This document shows positions 49,401-61,424 of a stretch of DNA of 64,000 nucleotides, piece by piece. The translations under genes and the position numbers were made by a program. The stretch is taken from positions 1,488,001-1,552,000 of the forward strand of contig NEEC01000009.1 in the NCBI GenBank assembly GCA_002189035.1, given 5' to 3'. The notes under the pieces were generated by a model, which made no database searches, was not told the DNA's origin, and worked only from the letters and a program-made list of their open reading frames with translations. Positions within the stretch are counted from its first letter, which is position 1; the number at the start of each line of letters is the position of its first letter. The DNA comes from Utricularia gibba (lineage: Eukaryota; Plantae; Magnoliophyta).

Positions 49401-51016
49401 CTTCGCAATATCCTTTGCAGATTTCCATCTCTCACGTGCCTGTGCTGTCTCCCTTGCACTTCGTGCAGCAGCTTCTCTTGATTTCGCTTGCCTCTTTTCT
49501 CTGGTACTCAGAACTTGGCCAGAGCAGTTGTATATAATCACCAGCACAAGAGTTATCCCAGCCTAGACCACAAGCTTATACTCAGTCTCATCCTTTCCTA
49601 ACATCAGACAAAACAAAGAAACGGCTGCAACTTACAAAAAACATGCCTCCATAGGCTGTGATGTTCTGATTTTCTGTTTGAGGCTCGCAGGTAGCTAACT
49701 GATAGCAACCTATAAAAGTGCAGCAAGTAAAAAATCCATAGAAGAAAAGACAGGAGCAGATATGCATATCCAACTTATCATGGAAAGCAAAGATAAGTAG
49801 AAGTAGACTGACTTGTTTGTTTAGTAGAACCAGCCCTGCAAAAATGTCTGCAACAAAATGTAAAGTTAGTTTTTTTTTTCTTTTTGCAGGTTCAAATGAA
49901 AAGAAATTTCAGCAATCCTTATACCCTTTTGTGCAGGGAATCTTCAGGGTGTTTGTGGGGCAATAAAATCCTGCAGAGCAAAATAACTCATTTCCACCCA
50001 AGAAATCAGCCCAAATGTCAGCACTTCCACATGTATGATTTGGTTGACCAGGTGGTAGCTGATACCGATACCTTGACACATGTAGAGTATCAAGCGCGGA
50101 GGATAAAATATCCATCAAAGATTCAAATTTGCTTACGGATCACAAACTCCGGTCGTCTTGTTTAGCTCGGACATCGGGCAGTATGATCCCAAGGGACAAG
50201 CTGAAAGAAGCAACAGATGAAAAGAGTGGAAACTGAAGTAGAGAAAGCAGAAGAAACTTACGTATCATGCAGGTGAGACCAGGAGGGCAGAAGAAACCGG
50301 CGCAACAGGGGCGACATTTCTGATCTCTAAGGGGGATATCCTTAGAGTTTTTAAGATCTACTTTGGTGTTTTCTTCAACACTACAAGCCCATCCAGGTTC
50401 ACATCCTGGCGGCCATTTAGATAAGTTGCAATTCTTGTTGGGTCTAACGAAAGCTTGACTCTTTGCACCCCCTGTTCCCGAATTGCTGATCATACTTGCC
50501 CCGTAGGACTTCACTTCTGCAGCAGTGCAGAGGCGCTGCACGGCGTCTGGGAGAAGACGAAGCAGACTGCTGTTAATGGGATAATAATATAACGTAACGA
50601 GAAGGCCATTTGTACCTCCATTGTCCTTGAGGCATTCTGACAAAAACTGGGTGTTCTTGGAGAAATTGAAAGCTTTATCCCATTCAGCATCCCTGGGGAA
50701 CGAAATCAATTAACCAATTTGACGGAACAAGAAATGAGGATTGGGATTTACATTTTACTTACACATCCCGGATGCAGAACCCCAGATGCTTCCTGATATC
50801 AGGGCCGAAGAAAACGGAAACATTACTGAAACGGTTGAAGAGCGCCTGCGAGAGAAGCTGTGCAGCGGCGGAATTCGCAGCGGCAGCCGCCGGCACTCTC
50901 GGGGGCCCAGTATCGTCTTCTTCATCCCCAATGTCATCGTCGGTAGCGGCATCGGTCTCCGACGCGGCAGCGATCACAAGAATCATGATCAACGGGAAAC
51001 TCCATGACAATTTCAT
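46436..51016 (-). CDS. ABCG28: ABCG half-transporter with long Cys-rich extracellular N-terminus (ABCG24/28 type)
   Basis: Signal peptide; CCAGFFCP and CPLGSYCP repeats; Walker [10 protein letters not shown]; signature ISGGQRKRV; Walker [13 protein letters not shown]; ends [11 protein letters not shown]. Confidence 0.9.
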
Positions 51017-51418
51017 GGCATTTCTTTCGATTTTCTTCTTCATCTTTTCTGAACGAAAAGGAAAACTCCATTTTTTTCTTCTTTCGCCTTTCAATTGTCT
51101 CCAATGGCGAGGAGATTTTCATGGGGATGCAAAATTCGGACCGTTGGAACTGATTGTGTTTTCAGCTACTTCGCCGCCCAACGTCGACGACTGGTTTCGT
51201 TCTTCTTTTTTTTTCTTTTTTTTTTAAAATTTTACGTCATTATAGTTTTATATTAAAAAAATTGCGTCTTGGGGAGGGCTTTTCTAGAATCGTTGGAATC
51301 TTCTGGAAAACCCTCGCGCTTTATTACCCTACTTCTCCCACCATCTAATTGTCACTCTTTTGCCCGCATTCCGCTCCTTATCCGAAACCTCCGAGACCGC
51401 CCCTTCGCAGCAGCAACG

Positions 51419-53968
51419 ATGGCTTCTGCAAATGCTATTTCCACTGCCTACGTTCTTCCTTCCCCTCTGAAGCGGGTAAGCATCCGGGTTTTCGTCAATT
51501 TTTTGGACATGTATTGCGAGTTTGTGGTTTTAGCTGATGGAATTGTGGGTTTTGGTGTAGGGTGGTTCGAGGAGTCGGGAAGTGAGTAGGTTTCAGCAAA
51601 GACGGACCTTTGACAGGAAGCAACCGAAAAATCAGTTCTCAGTGAGGGCTAGTGCAAAGGATATCGCGTTTGATCAGAAATCAAGGTCGGCAATGCAGTC
51701 GGGAATTGATAAGCTAGCAGATGCCGTTGGTCTGACTCTTGGCCCTAGGGGTAATTGTTCATCACCTTTGTTCCTTTTTTTTAATTTCTTTTTGTGCTCC
51801 CTAGCGCTTCAACCTGTGTTAAAAAATGATGTCGTTTGATTGTTCAGAGTTTTCGTTTACATTCCTTCAATCTGAAAAGGCTTCACGTCTAATGAATGTG
51901 ATTCGTTGTTCATCGACGGATGTGTGCAATTCTATGCAGGAAGAAACGTCGTCTTAGATGAATTTGGCACTCCCAAGGTTGTTAACGATGGGGTTACAAT
52001 TGCCAGGGCTATCGAATTGCCGGATGCAATGGAAAACGCTGGTGCTGCCTTGATTCGGGAGGTGAGTTGCTAAATGCTGTTTGAATACTGGACTGATTTT
52101 TTATGCTTCAAAGTAAGCACCTAAATGTGGAATTTTTATTCAGGTTGCTAGCAAGACCAATGATTCTGCCGGTGATGGTACCACTACAGCATCTGTGCTT
52201 GCCCGTGAAATCATCAAACTTGGACTCCTAAGTGTTACGTCAGGTGCCAATCCTGTTTCTGTGAAGAAGGGCATCGACAAAACAGTGCAGGGTTTGGTTG
52301 ACGAACTTGAGAAGAAGTCAAGGCCCATAAAGGGTCGCGATGATATCCAAGGTGCAGTGATCGCACACCGTTTCTATGTTACACCATTGTTACAGATCAA
52401 CTTGTTATGCATATTAAAGAAACTCTGTTATTTTACAGCCATTTCCACAATCTCTGCTGGGAATGATGAGAGCATTGGTGTAATGATTGCGGATGCTGTT
52501 GACAAGGTTGGGCCTGATGGTGTTCTATCCATTGAATCATCCTCCTCCTTTGAGACAACCATTGATGTAGAAGAAGGCATGGAGGTCTGTCTACATAATT
52601 TTTGTTCTTAGTACTATACGCTTGGCAGTCAGGGTATTTGGCGTGGCCTTTGATTGAAGTTTTTTTATTTTATTTCGATATTACAAATTATTTATAACGT
52701 GTTTCATGATATCTGTTCCTGCTTACAGATAGATAGAGGATACATATCCCCCCAGTTTGTTACAAACCCTGAAAAGCTGCTTGTCGAGTTTGAGAATGCA
52801 AGAGTACTGATTACAGACCAGAAAATTTCAGCTATCAAGGACATCATTCCATTGCTAGAGAAGACCACTCAGCTAAGAGCACCACTGCTCATTATTGCTG
52901 AAGATGTGACTGGAGAGGCCTTGGCTACACTTGTTGTGAACAAGCTCAGGGGTGTCCTGAATGTAGCTGCTATCAAAGCACCCGGCTTTGGAGAACGAAG
53001 GAAAGCTCTTCTTCAGGACATTGCCATATTGACTGGTAAGTTTAATGTTTCCTGACTGATTGTTTGAAGTTTCTGGATCCTTTATCATTGGAGTGAACTT
53101 TTTCAGGTGCTGAGTACCAAGCTGCTGATCTCGGTTTGCTGATTGAGCACACTGATATCGATCAGTTGGGAGTGGCAAGAAAGATAACTATCAGCAAGGA
53201 CTCAACTACAATCATCGCTGATGCTGCAACGAAGGATGAGCTTCACTCTAGGATTGCTCAGCTCAAGAAGGAGTTGTCTGAGACAGACTCTGTTTATGAC
53301 TCTGAAAAACTTGCTGAGAGAATTGCAAAATTATCTGGTGGGGTTGCTGTAATCAAAGTTGGGGCTGCCACAGAAACCGAACTAGAAGATCGCAAGCTAC
53401 GCATTGAGGATGCCAAAAATGCAACTTTTGCTGCTATCGAGGAAGGCATTGTCCCTGGTGGAGGTGCGGCTCTAGTTCACCTCTCAACTTACGTCCCTGC
53501 AATAAAAGAGAAACTTGAAGATTCTGATGAGCGACTTGGCGCTGATATTATCCAAAAGGTAGAGAGTTTCTTTCGGATTGATCAAATTTTCATTGCACAA
53601 CGGTGCTCATCTCCTATTCCTTTCGTGTGTTACCATATCTATAGCTCACGCAAACACTTCCTTTACAGGCGTTGATTGCTCCGGCCGCACTTATTGCCCA
53701 GAACGCGGGTGTAGAAGGCGAGGTGGTGGTGGAGAAGGTAAAAGCAGGGGAATGGGAATTTGGTTACAACGCCATGACTGACAAGTATGAGAACTTGGTG
53801 GAAGCTGGAGTCATCGACCCAGCCAAGGTGACCCGATGTGCTCTTCAAAACGCAGCTTCTGTCGCCGGAATGGTGCTCACAACACAGGCAATCGTGGTAG
53901 AGAAGCCCAAGCCGAAAACAGCCGCTGCTGCAGCTGCGGCTGCTGCTGCGGGCAGCTACTCTGTGTAG
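51419..53968 (+). CDS. CPN60A: Chloroplast chaperonin 60 subunit alpha
   Basis: Transit peptide then [13 protein letters not shown]...[13 protein letters not shown]; [14 protein letters not shown]; [12 protein letters not shown]; [10 protein letters not shown]. Confidence 0.96.
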
Positions 53969-55242
53969 GCTCGTAGTCTTGGAGGATTTGAACATTTGAG
54001 TAGCAGTTTTGTATGGATTTTAACATTAGTGGGCTGGTGGTGCAACCTCCCGTTCCAGTTTCCCCTAGTAATAATTGATGCCTTCTCCTCTAGAGCATTA
54101 TCAACTCCACAGCACAGGCACCAAAAACTCATTCTCATGAAACTACTGCATGCTGACCCTTGATGAACCTCTGTAGGCAGTGAGGACACTGAGCAGAGGA
54201 GCTTGTCATGATGATGTTTTTGAAGGTTTTTGTTTGGAATCACTGAGCCACAGGTGGGATAAGAGTTTTGTCACTACAAAAAAGTGAATCAGAATCAATT
54301 TCATTTGTATTCGTTCATGTGGAGTTTATTTTGAACAGAAGCCAGAGGCATTCAATTACTAGTCCTTGTGTGCAGTCTGTGGGGCTCCTTATAGTACTGG
54401 TGTTTCAATCAGACTGCTTTCCTTCTTTCTTGCTTTTATGCACATTCTCCCTGCAAATGATGCTTCTCCTGGTTTCCTTTACTGAAGTCTCTAAAGTCTG
54501 GTGCAACGACTGTACGGAAAAGAAGAGCATCACAGAGGGAGGAAGATGATACCGAAAAGATCAGATCAAACCACAGCTTAACAGGCATCGCATTCATATT
54601 ACACACACAGTCATGATAATCAAGGCTCATGTCCCTTTTCTTTAACCTGTCCGACTGAAAGACTTTTGGCCTCAATAGGTGCACTTTGAGCAAAAAAGAA
54701 AAAGACAAAAAGCTCAATGCACGAAAATGACTATCTTTTAGTCCAAAGGGAATGTGAAACTCACTCAACACTGAGTTTTTGAACCCCCTTATTTCTCATA
54801 TAATTTGTGATTTCAAAACCAGAACTGTGTAGCTCATCTCACTCATGGGGTTCAAACGGATTTTCTCTCCCTACAAAGAAGCAGAAATACCAATAACCTA
54901 CAGATGCCCTGCCTGTGTTGCAGACTTCCAGTAATGAAAAGAAGCATCCTTTTGTCCCGAACCAGGTCAAAAACTTACTGGAGACATGTGATCTGCTTTT
55001 GGTAGACAACTGCATGAAGTCACGAGAACTAAATAGCAGTTCCAAACCAACAGGAGATCTGAAGATGGGAAGATTTCAAGGTAAGAAAACTGAAAAATAT
55101 GAGGAAAATGTGTACGCAGTAGCAACCATAACATCACAGAGACCTGACAGAAGAAACCATGATACCCAACATGGGGTTGAAGTTCGAGCTTCAGATCTCC
55201 CAAGAAAACATATGCACTGGGTCTCGACGGCTCGTGTAGGTA

Positions 55243-55366
55243 GCCGTTGATTGCTGATGCAGCATCATCAAGATTCTCACGATCTAACGGCTGCTTCTGA
55301 TCAGCATCGTCATCAGCCGTCTCCGGTTGTGTGAATCTTGAAGATGCTGCACCCGAAAGCAACGGC
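55243..55366 (-). ncRNA. MIR172: MIR172 precursor hairpin
   Basis: Mature AGAATCTTGATGATGCTGCAT at 55277-55257 (minus); star GCAGCATCTTCAAGATTCACA at 55350-55330; lower stem GCCGTTG/CAACGGC and inner stem ACGGCTG/CAGCCGT. Confidence 0.95.
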
Positions 55367-56342
55367 TTGCTCTTTCTGCTTCTTCATCCTCCTGAAAACT
55401 CACACACAGCAACAAGAAAGCAAAAAGGAAACATAAAAAGCAAGGATCTGACTCCATTCTCATTCTTTTTGCATGAACGAGACTTGAAAGTTTCTGATAT
55501 AAGCAAAAACTAGAAGAAGAACTCAACAGAAAAAACAAAAAAAAAAAATCAGAACCGGAAGAAGAGCAAGGAAGTAGGGTTCGGAAGCTCACACACCCAC
55601 ACCCACCCCCTGCACAAACTCCAATATATCCTTTTTCCTTACGAGGGCTCCATTTTTTTTAAGCTCTGTGACGTGATCTTTTTAGGTTAAATGGACACGT
55701 CAACTTGACAGTTAGATCTCTCGAGAGAATGGGATTTTTGCTTTTCTACACATTTTAATGACCCTTTTAATTCATATTTAGAATTTAGTATAAATCATTA
55801 ATAAACTCGACTTATTTTGATAATTTACGTAATTAATTCGTGAAAAAAAAATATTTGATAGTGTTTATAAACTCATGCGTGAATCACTAGCTAAATCAGC
55901 TAAACTTGCTACTCGAATAACTCTAATAATTTCAAAGCTAATACGTGCAACATCCCCCAACTTCACTTTTCCGTACATACGAACATCTAATCATATGATT
56001 TCAATATACTTATTCGAGTCTCCAAATATGAACATTGAGAACTAAGTATGTTTTATAATATAACCTATGGTCGTAATAAACACGTATATTAAACATAATA
56101 ATATTTTAAACATAAATTTGAAAAACGAATCTAGGAAATATCTTTTAATTATAACCATATACATTACATAAAAATAAATATTATAGCACATGCACACCTA
56201 ATGTGTGAGGTTTCTATTTTAGTGAGTGTGTAGCCCAGGATTTCCCCTTCTTTTATGGTAAATAGTCTATTCATAGAGTCGCCCCAGCCTTGGAAACCCT
56301 AATTGAGCCTACATTTCCTCCCCGTGGTCCAACCCTTTCCTC

Positions 56343-56366
56343 GATCCGATCCGATCCGATCCGATC
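56343..56366. repeat. (GATCC)4 plus GATC short tandem repeat
   Basis: GATCCGATCCGATCCGATCCGATC read directly. Confidence 0.85.
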
Positions 56367-58547
56367 GGCGCCTCGCGTCGAGAAGTTGAGCTCTGCGCCT
56401 GCTTCCGTTTCAGTGCTTCTTGCTCATAAACCCTCCGATCTCGGAATCAACCGCGAGATGCCAATGCAATGCGTCGAACTCCGACGCGAATCGAATTCAG
56501 AATTCGAGCCACAGTTTGTACCTTTTTTACCCCCGCCGTGAAATCCAGGTAGTTGGGATGTCACGCTTCCGTCAACCTCACAACTCACATCCTTTTGGGC
56601 CCATAAATCTTTATTATTATTATTATCATTATTTTTTGAAATTTTTGAATTTTCGTGCATTAGAATTGGAATTTTTTTTCTTTTTGTTTTAAGGAAGAAA
56701 TCGAATTTCGTTTTCTGTGTAGAAAAATAATTTTAATTGTATGATCCTACTGAGAGAAGGACGGGGAATCTGTCGCCATCAGGTGGGCCCCAGTAATTAG
56801 GGCTTGGGGGGTTAATGGGGTAAAAGAAATTTCTTTTTCATGGGAAATGTCTTATCTCGTTTTTGGACCCGGGAAACAGTGATTATTGGATTCACCTGAG
56901 AGGGTAGAAACTAGAAGGCCTGGGGATTGTGGAAGATAATGGGCCAATGGGCCGGGCCGTTCGTGTAAGTGAATAGTGGGCTGGGCTCTGGATGTAGTTG
57001 TCCAACTGTCACGAGGCCCGTTTGTTCCCACCGACCGCCTTTGGGTACATGCGTATATTTCTGAGAATCTGATGGCGGATTCGCGTAGGTGGAAAGTTGT
57101 AATGGTTGGAAGTTTCCGAAATTATTCTTTGTTTGTTGTCAGCAGCTGTTGAGGTAACGGCGCTTGTGGGTTCGGGCTCTCTGCTTTTGGTGGTTTATTC
57201 GTTGGCTTTCTATTTGGGGAGTTCCATTGCCGTATTCGAAGTGTGCGCTGAAGTTGGTTTTTGATGCTCTGTTGGTTGTTTCGTCAGTTTATTTATAAGA
57301 GTTGTTCTTCCTGTTACTGTGCATTTTCATTTACTGAGTTTCTTTTTTGTGGAGTTATGATGATGTTTGTGATACTGGCGGTAAAGAATGCGTTTCTGTT
57401 TTTTGAGATGAAACTATGGGATTCACTATGGGGGTTCATTTCTTGATTTCTTCACAAGTCGCATTCAATTCTGGCGATTCATTCATTTATTTTGGCATAT
57501 ATATCACCTGATGATTTTAATGGCGGCAATCTTTTTAGTTGGGATACATTAATGACTAAATCTTTGATCTCCCTGAGCATTAGTGGTACACGGTTTTCAC
57601 GTTGTTCTTGTGTGTCACCCATGTGCCTGTGTTTTCTGTTTATAGTCCAGGTAAGACGTGTTTTCTCAGGTCTTTCTGTCCAGTCTACCTAAGATGTGTC
57701 TTCAAATCCGAAATATGACTAAGGCTTCGACAAACTGGATAAGTTGCTGCATTTCAGCATGTATTGATAGCTGAAACACGGGATACTGGTGCCTAGACAA
57801 TTGCATGTATCATACATTACATTCAATGCGGGTGCGACGTATCCCGGGTGATGATGGTTGGAATTGTTGTCTACCCAATTCCTCTGTGAATTTGGGTGGG
57901 GGTCTTACTGTGAAAAATCCAAATTTCCATTTTGCACATTCGACCTCGAAAGGCCGAGTAATATTTGATTTGCACTTGTATATAGATACAAAGTTCCATT
58001 TTTTTAATGAATTCTAATGACAAAATTAATTGTCCACTTTATCATCGCAAACTCTTTTATGTTAGAGAATAGGGTTCTTTTTTCGAAGGGCTCCCAAGTT
58101 TTTTCGATTGCTCAATAGGTACTTGTGTTAAGTAAAACTTGAAGTTGATCCTTGAGGAATTTGTTGATATTGTAGGCCATATCGGTACCAGGTAGTTAAT
58201 CCCCTGATTTGTGAAGATTGAACTTCGTCATGTTTTGTTTTTGGATGGGTGGGTGTTGCACTGGCTGCAGTCTGAACTCCTGATGTAGTTCATCTAATAG
58301 TTTAACATCGGTTGCTACTAAATGAACATTGATCATTTCAGGTTATGAGATGTCCAGTTCTTGAATCTTGTTAGTGCCTATATGAATGATTTTTTCCCCT
58401 GAATGTTAGTTCTGAATCGATTCTTCTTATCTGTATTTTTTGTTGTTATCAACATCTTATGTCACTTCCCTTCTCCTGACGAAAAAAATATGGGGTCATA
58501 TATGTTTTTATTTTATGTCTCAGACTCTCGGTTCTCAGAATCCTGCA

Positions 58548-58960
58548 ATGAACCACCAATATGGTGAGAGCCAAGTAAGTCACGAGACAAGGCGATCAAT
58601 ATTCTTTCTTTCTTAAGAATCATTCTGACTAGCTTCTCTTGTTATTAGGATCAAGTGAGTGTTGTTGGGTTCGATGTTCCAAATTCACCTGAAGCAAGTT
58701 ACAACAATATGTATCCAGCAACTGATGACGATGGCAGAGAGCCCCCAGCTCTTCCCCCACATCTGGGTCACACGTTGTTGAACCTTCCTATTCCCAGTGA
58801 TCCGTGTGGACCACTCCCATCTCCTCCATATGTGAACATAAACCATCTCTATATCGAGAACAGAGAACCTCCAAGATCTGTGGTGTCACTCGGTGTCACA
58901 CATCGCTTTCGATCCAAGTATGTCACTGTTGTTCTCTATAAGCCCGTCACAAGACACTGA
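58548..58960 (+). CDS. KINB3: SnRK1 regulatory subunit beta-3 (ASC domain only)
   Basis: MNHQYGESQ|DQVSVVGFDVPNSPEASYNN...PPALPPHL...NHLYIENREPPRSVVSLGVTHRFRSKYVTVVLYKPV; long leader intron upstream. Confidence 0.92.
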
Positions 58961-59224
58961 AACACTTATCTGTAGCAGGTGATTATTAGCTCATGACAAA
59001 CCATGTTATGTTAGTGAAAGATGATTGTTCTGTGCAGTTCTGGTTCAGTAGTAGAAACTAGCCATAAAAAATACTGAAGTGATATGAATGCTGCTTCTAC
59101 TTGGTTATCTTCTTCAGACTTCAGCAGGGTGTTCCAATTTCAGGTCTCTAGCTTATGCCTTAGGTTGGGCATCAAGATCAAAACTTGAAAACTTGTGCGG
59201 TGTTCAACTGAACATGAAATCGCA

Positions 59225-60625
59225 TCACATAACACTACAGGAATTAGGGTTTTCGTCGCTGAACATCTGGGGAGCATGCAGGGAGTAAGGGTAATAGTAA
59301 TAGAACTGGTCTGCAGCGAAGCCTGACCCGTTAAGGATCGGGTGCGGGTGCGGGTGCGGGTGCGGGTGCGGGTAGATGAGATGCGGACCCGGGTGGTTCA
59401 ACGCCGGCTGGGGCGTAATCGGGTTGTGTTGATTCGGAGGCGCTCCTTTGGGCTCCACCGCTCCCCTGGCGACGTCTTTGCCTTCGCTGTTCGCCGGCCG
59501 CATTTGGTCTCCGCCGTTCTTCTTCGCTTTCTCCGCGCCGCCTCCTTTCTCCTTCTTTTCTGGTGCCTTTGGCGGCGGTAATATCTCGACGCTTTTCTTC
59601 ATGTGCTTCTTTAGGGACTCGGCCAATGCGTCCATGTCCATGGCGCCAATTACCGTCACCAGCTCTTTCTGCCGGTCGATTTTCATGTCCTTGAACCCTT
59701 TGCTTTTCATTATTTTCCGGCGGATTTTCTGGACACAGCCTTCGCAGTGTAGGTTCATCTTCATCACCGCTGTCGTCACCAGCTGAAAAATTTCAGAACA
59801 GTAAGTAGCGGTAATGTAAGCCAGATCTGTGAGGTAACCAGGGAATTACGTGCAGTGAGCGGAAATTGGAATTCGACAAAGACCGCCATTATTGCGTTTG
59901 CGAATATAGTACTACCAAACAGAGGCGCAGGATAAGGAAGAAGACGGAGCACGATAACAGAGGAAAATGGGCGTTCAATTGTAGTATGTACCTCCTTTTC
60001 TTCGACCTTGTTGCTGCTTTTGCTCTTCTTTACAACTTCGTTCTTACTTTTGCTATCGTTTTTCTGTTTCCCGGAGGTTGAAGAAGGTGTGAGTAGTTGG
60101 AATTTGATGTGGGTTTTCTCCTCCACGCACCGCCGGAGCTCCTCCGGTTCAACTTTTCCCATCACTGTGATCTTCTGGCCGCCAATGGCGGCTGAATCTA
60201 CACCTACAAATCCACCAAAATCACGCCACCCCAACTTCAGAAACCATGAAAATTACGAGCAAGAAACGCAGGAAAAGCTCTTCACCATCCAAAGTTCGAA
60301 CGAAGTTCAAGACATTGGAGCCACAGGCGTCGCAGTGGAAATCTGCCTTCATAACCACGGTAATGCTGCTGCTCTTGCACTCTCTTTTCATGCCATCTTC
60401 CTCCTTGGTTCCTCCACTGCTCTTCTTGATCTTCTGTAAGACCTAAACCCCATCCAAAACCCAGAACACAAAAGGCTTCACTTTCAACTCACCGCAAAAG
60501 TAAAAAAGAACGAAACCACTCACCGGCTTTTCTGCAACTTCCATGAACAAAGCTCTGAGCTTCGAAATGCACAGATTTAATTTATCAGGATCTGAAACCA
60601 AACGCTTCTTGGCGGTGGTTGGCAT
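59225..60625 (-). CDS. Heavy-metal-associated isoprenylated plant protein (HIPP) with two HMA domains
   Basis: MKADFHCDAC and MKMNLHCEGC HMA motifs; C-terminal FSDENPNSCSVM CaaX. Start is either 60625 or 60544. Confidence 0.9.
59339..59374. repeat. (CGGGTG)n hexamer encoding a His-Pro repeat in the HIPP
   Basis: Five perfect units plus one imperfect unit; translates as YPHPHPHPHPHP on the minus strand. Confidence 0.9.
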
Positions 60626-61424
60626 TGCAGGAGGAGGAGAACGGTAAAAGAACTTCCGGCGTCGCGGGCTTATCGATAACTTACAGTCGTGGCCTCGGTA
60701 GTGGGGTGGCTGTAAAAAAAAACCTCCCTTTAAATCTAAATACCTACGTGGCTTTTAGTTGGGCCTGGACTACCTTTTTGGGCCTCCAAATACATACATG
60801 CCTTTCTTTTTTTATTATTTCTTTAGTTTGAAAAATGTTTATTTCTAATTTTAAAGTTTTAAAATAAAATATTCCTATAAAACTCAATATTCATTAAAAT
60901 CAAGAATATTGGGCCGATTGCAAAGAGAATTTGGCTTTAAATGAGTCGATAAGCATTAAACGTGATTTGAGAATTAAAAACGTAATCAATGATGTTTTAA
61001 ACTAAAATCCATCAAAAGTGAAATATTCGGTGCTAATCTATCATTAATAAATTTTTATTTTCATACGTAAAATTTGGGAATTAAATATAATAATGAGGGA
61101 CTATTTATGTTATCTTTATTAAATATTAAAAACTAACCGTGTCAATTTTAAAAATGTTAGGGGTTGATATGATCAAGTACACACATTAAAACCTTTATTT
61201 GGCATAATTTCTTAAAAAAATCAATTTTCTAGAATTGGATATAAAAAATACAAATTGAAATTCTGCAAATTACAAATATTTCTAAATTTTTAAATTTTTT
61301 ATACCAATATAATAATACACTGTTCAAGCCGCAGACTCAGAGTGACTCTGCAAGGTACAGGTGACCGAAGTCACCGGCGTCAACGGCAGCACTAAACGGA
61401 ACCGGTTGCAGGGGTTGTTTTGCG

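Noticed and set aside
54967-55362. 131-aa minus-strand ORF as a protein-coding gene
   Set aside because: It has no ATG, an in-frame stop lies just upstream, and it overlies the MIR172 hairpin; the ENLDDAAS stretch is the mature miRNA read as codons.
56270-56610. Telomerase RNA or other Pol III type-3 ncRNA
   Set aside because: AAACCCTAA is present, but there is no convincing USE plus TATA pair or poly-T terminator; a telo-box explains it.
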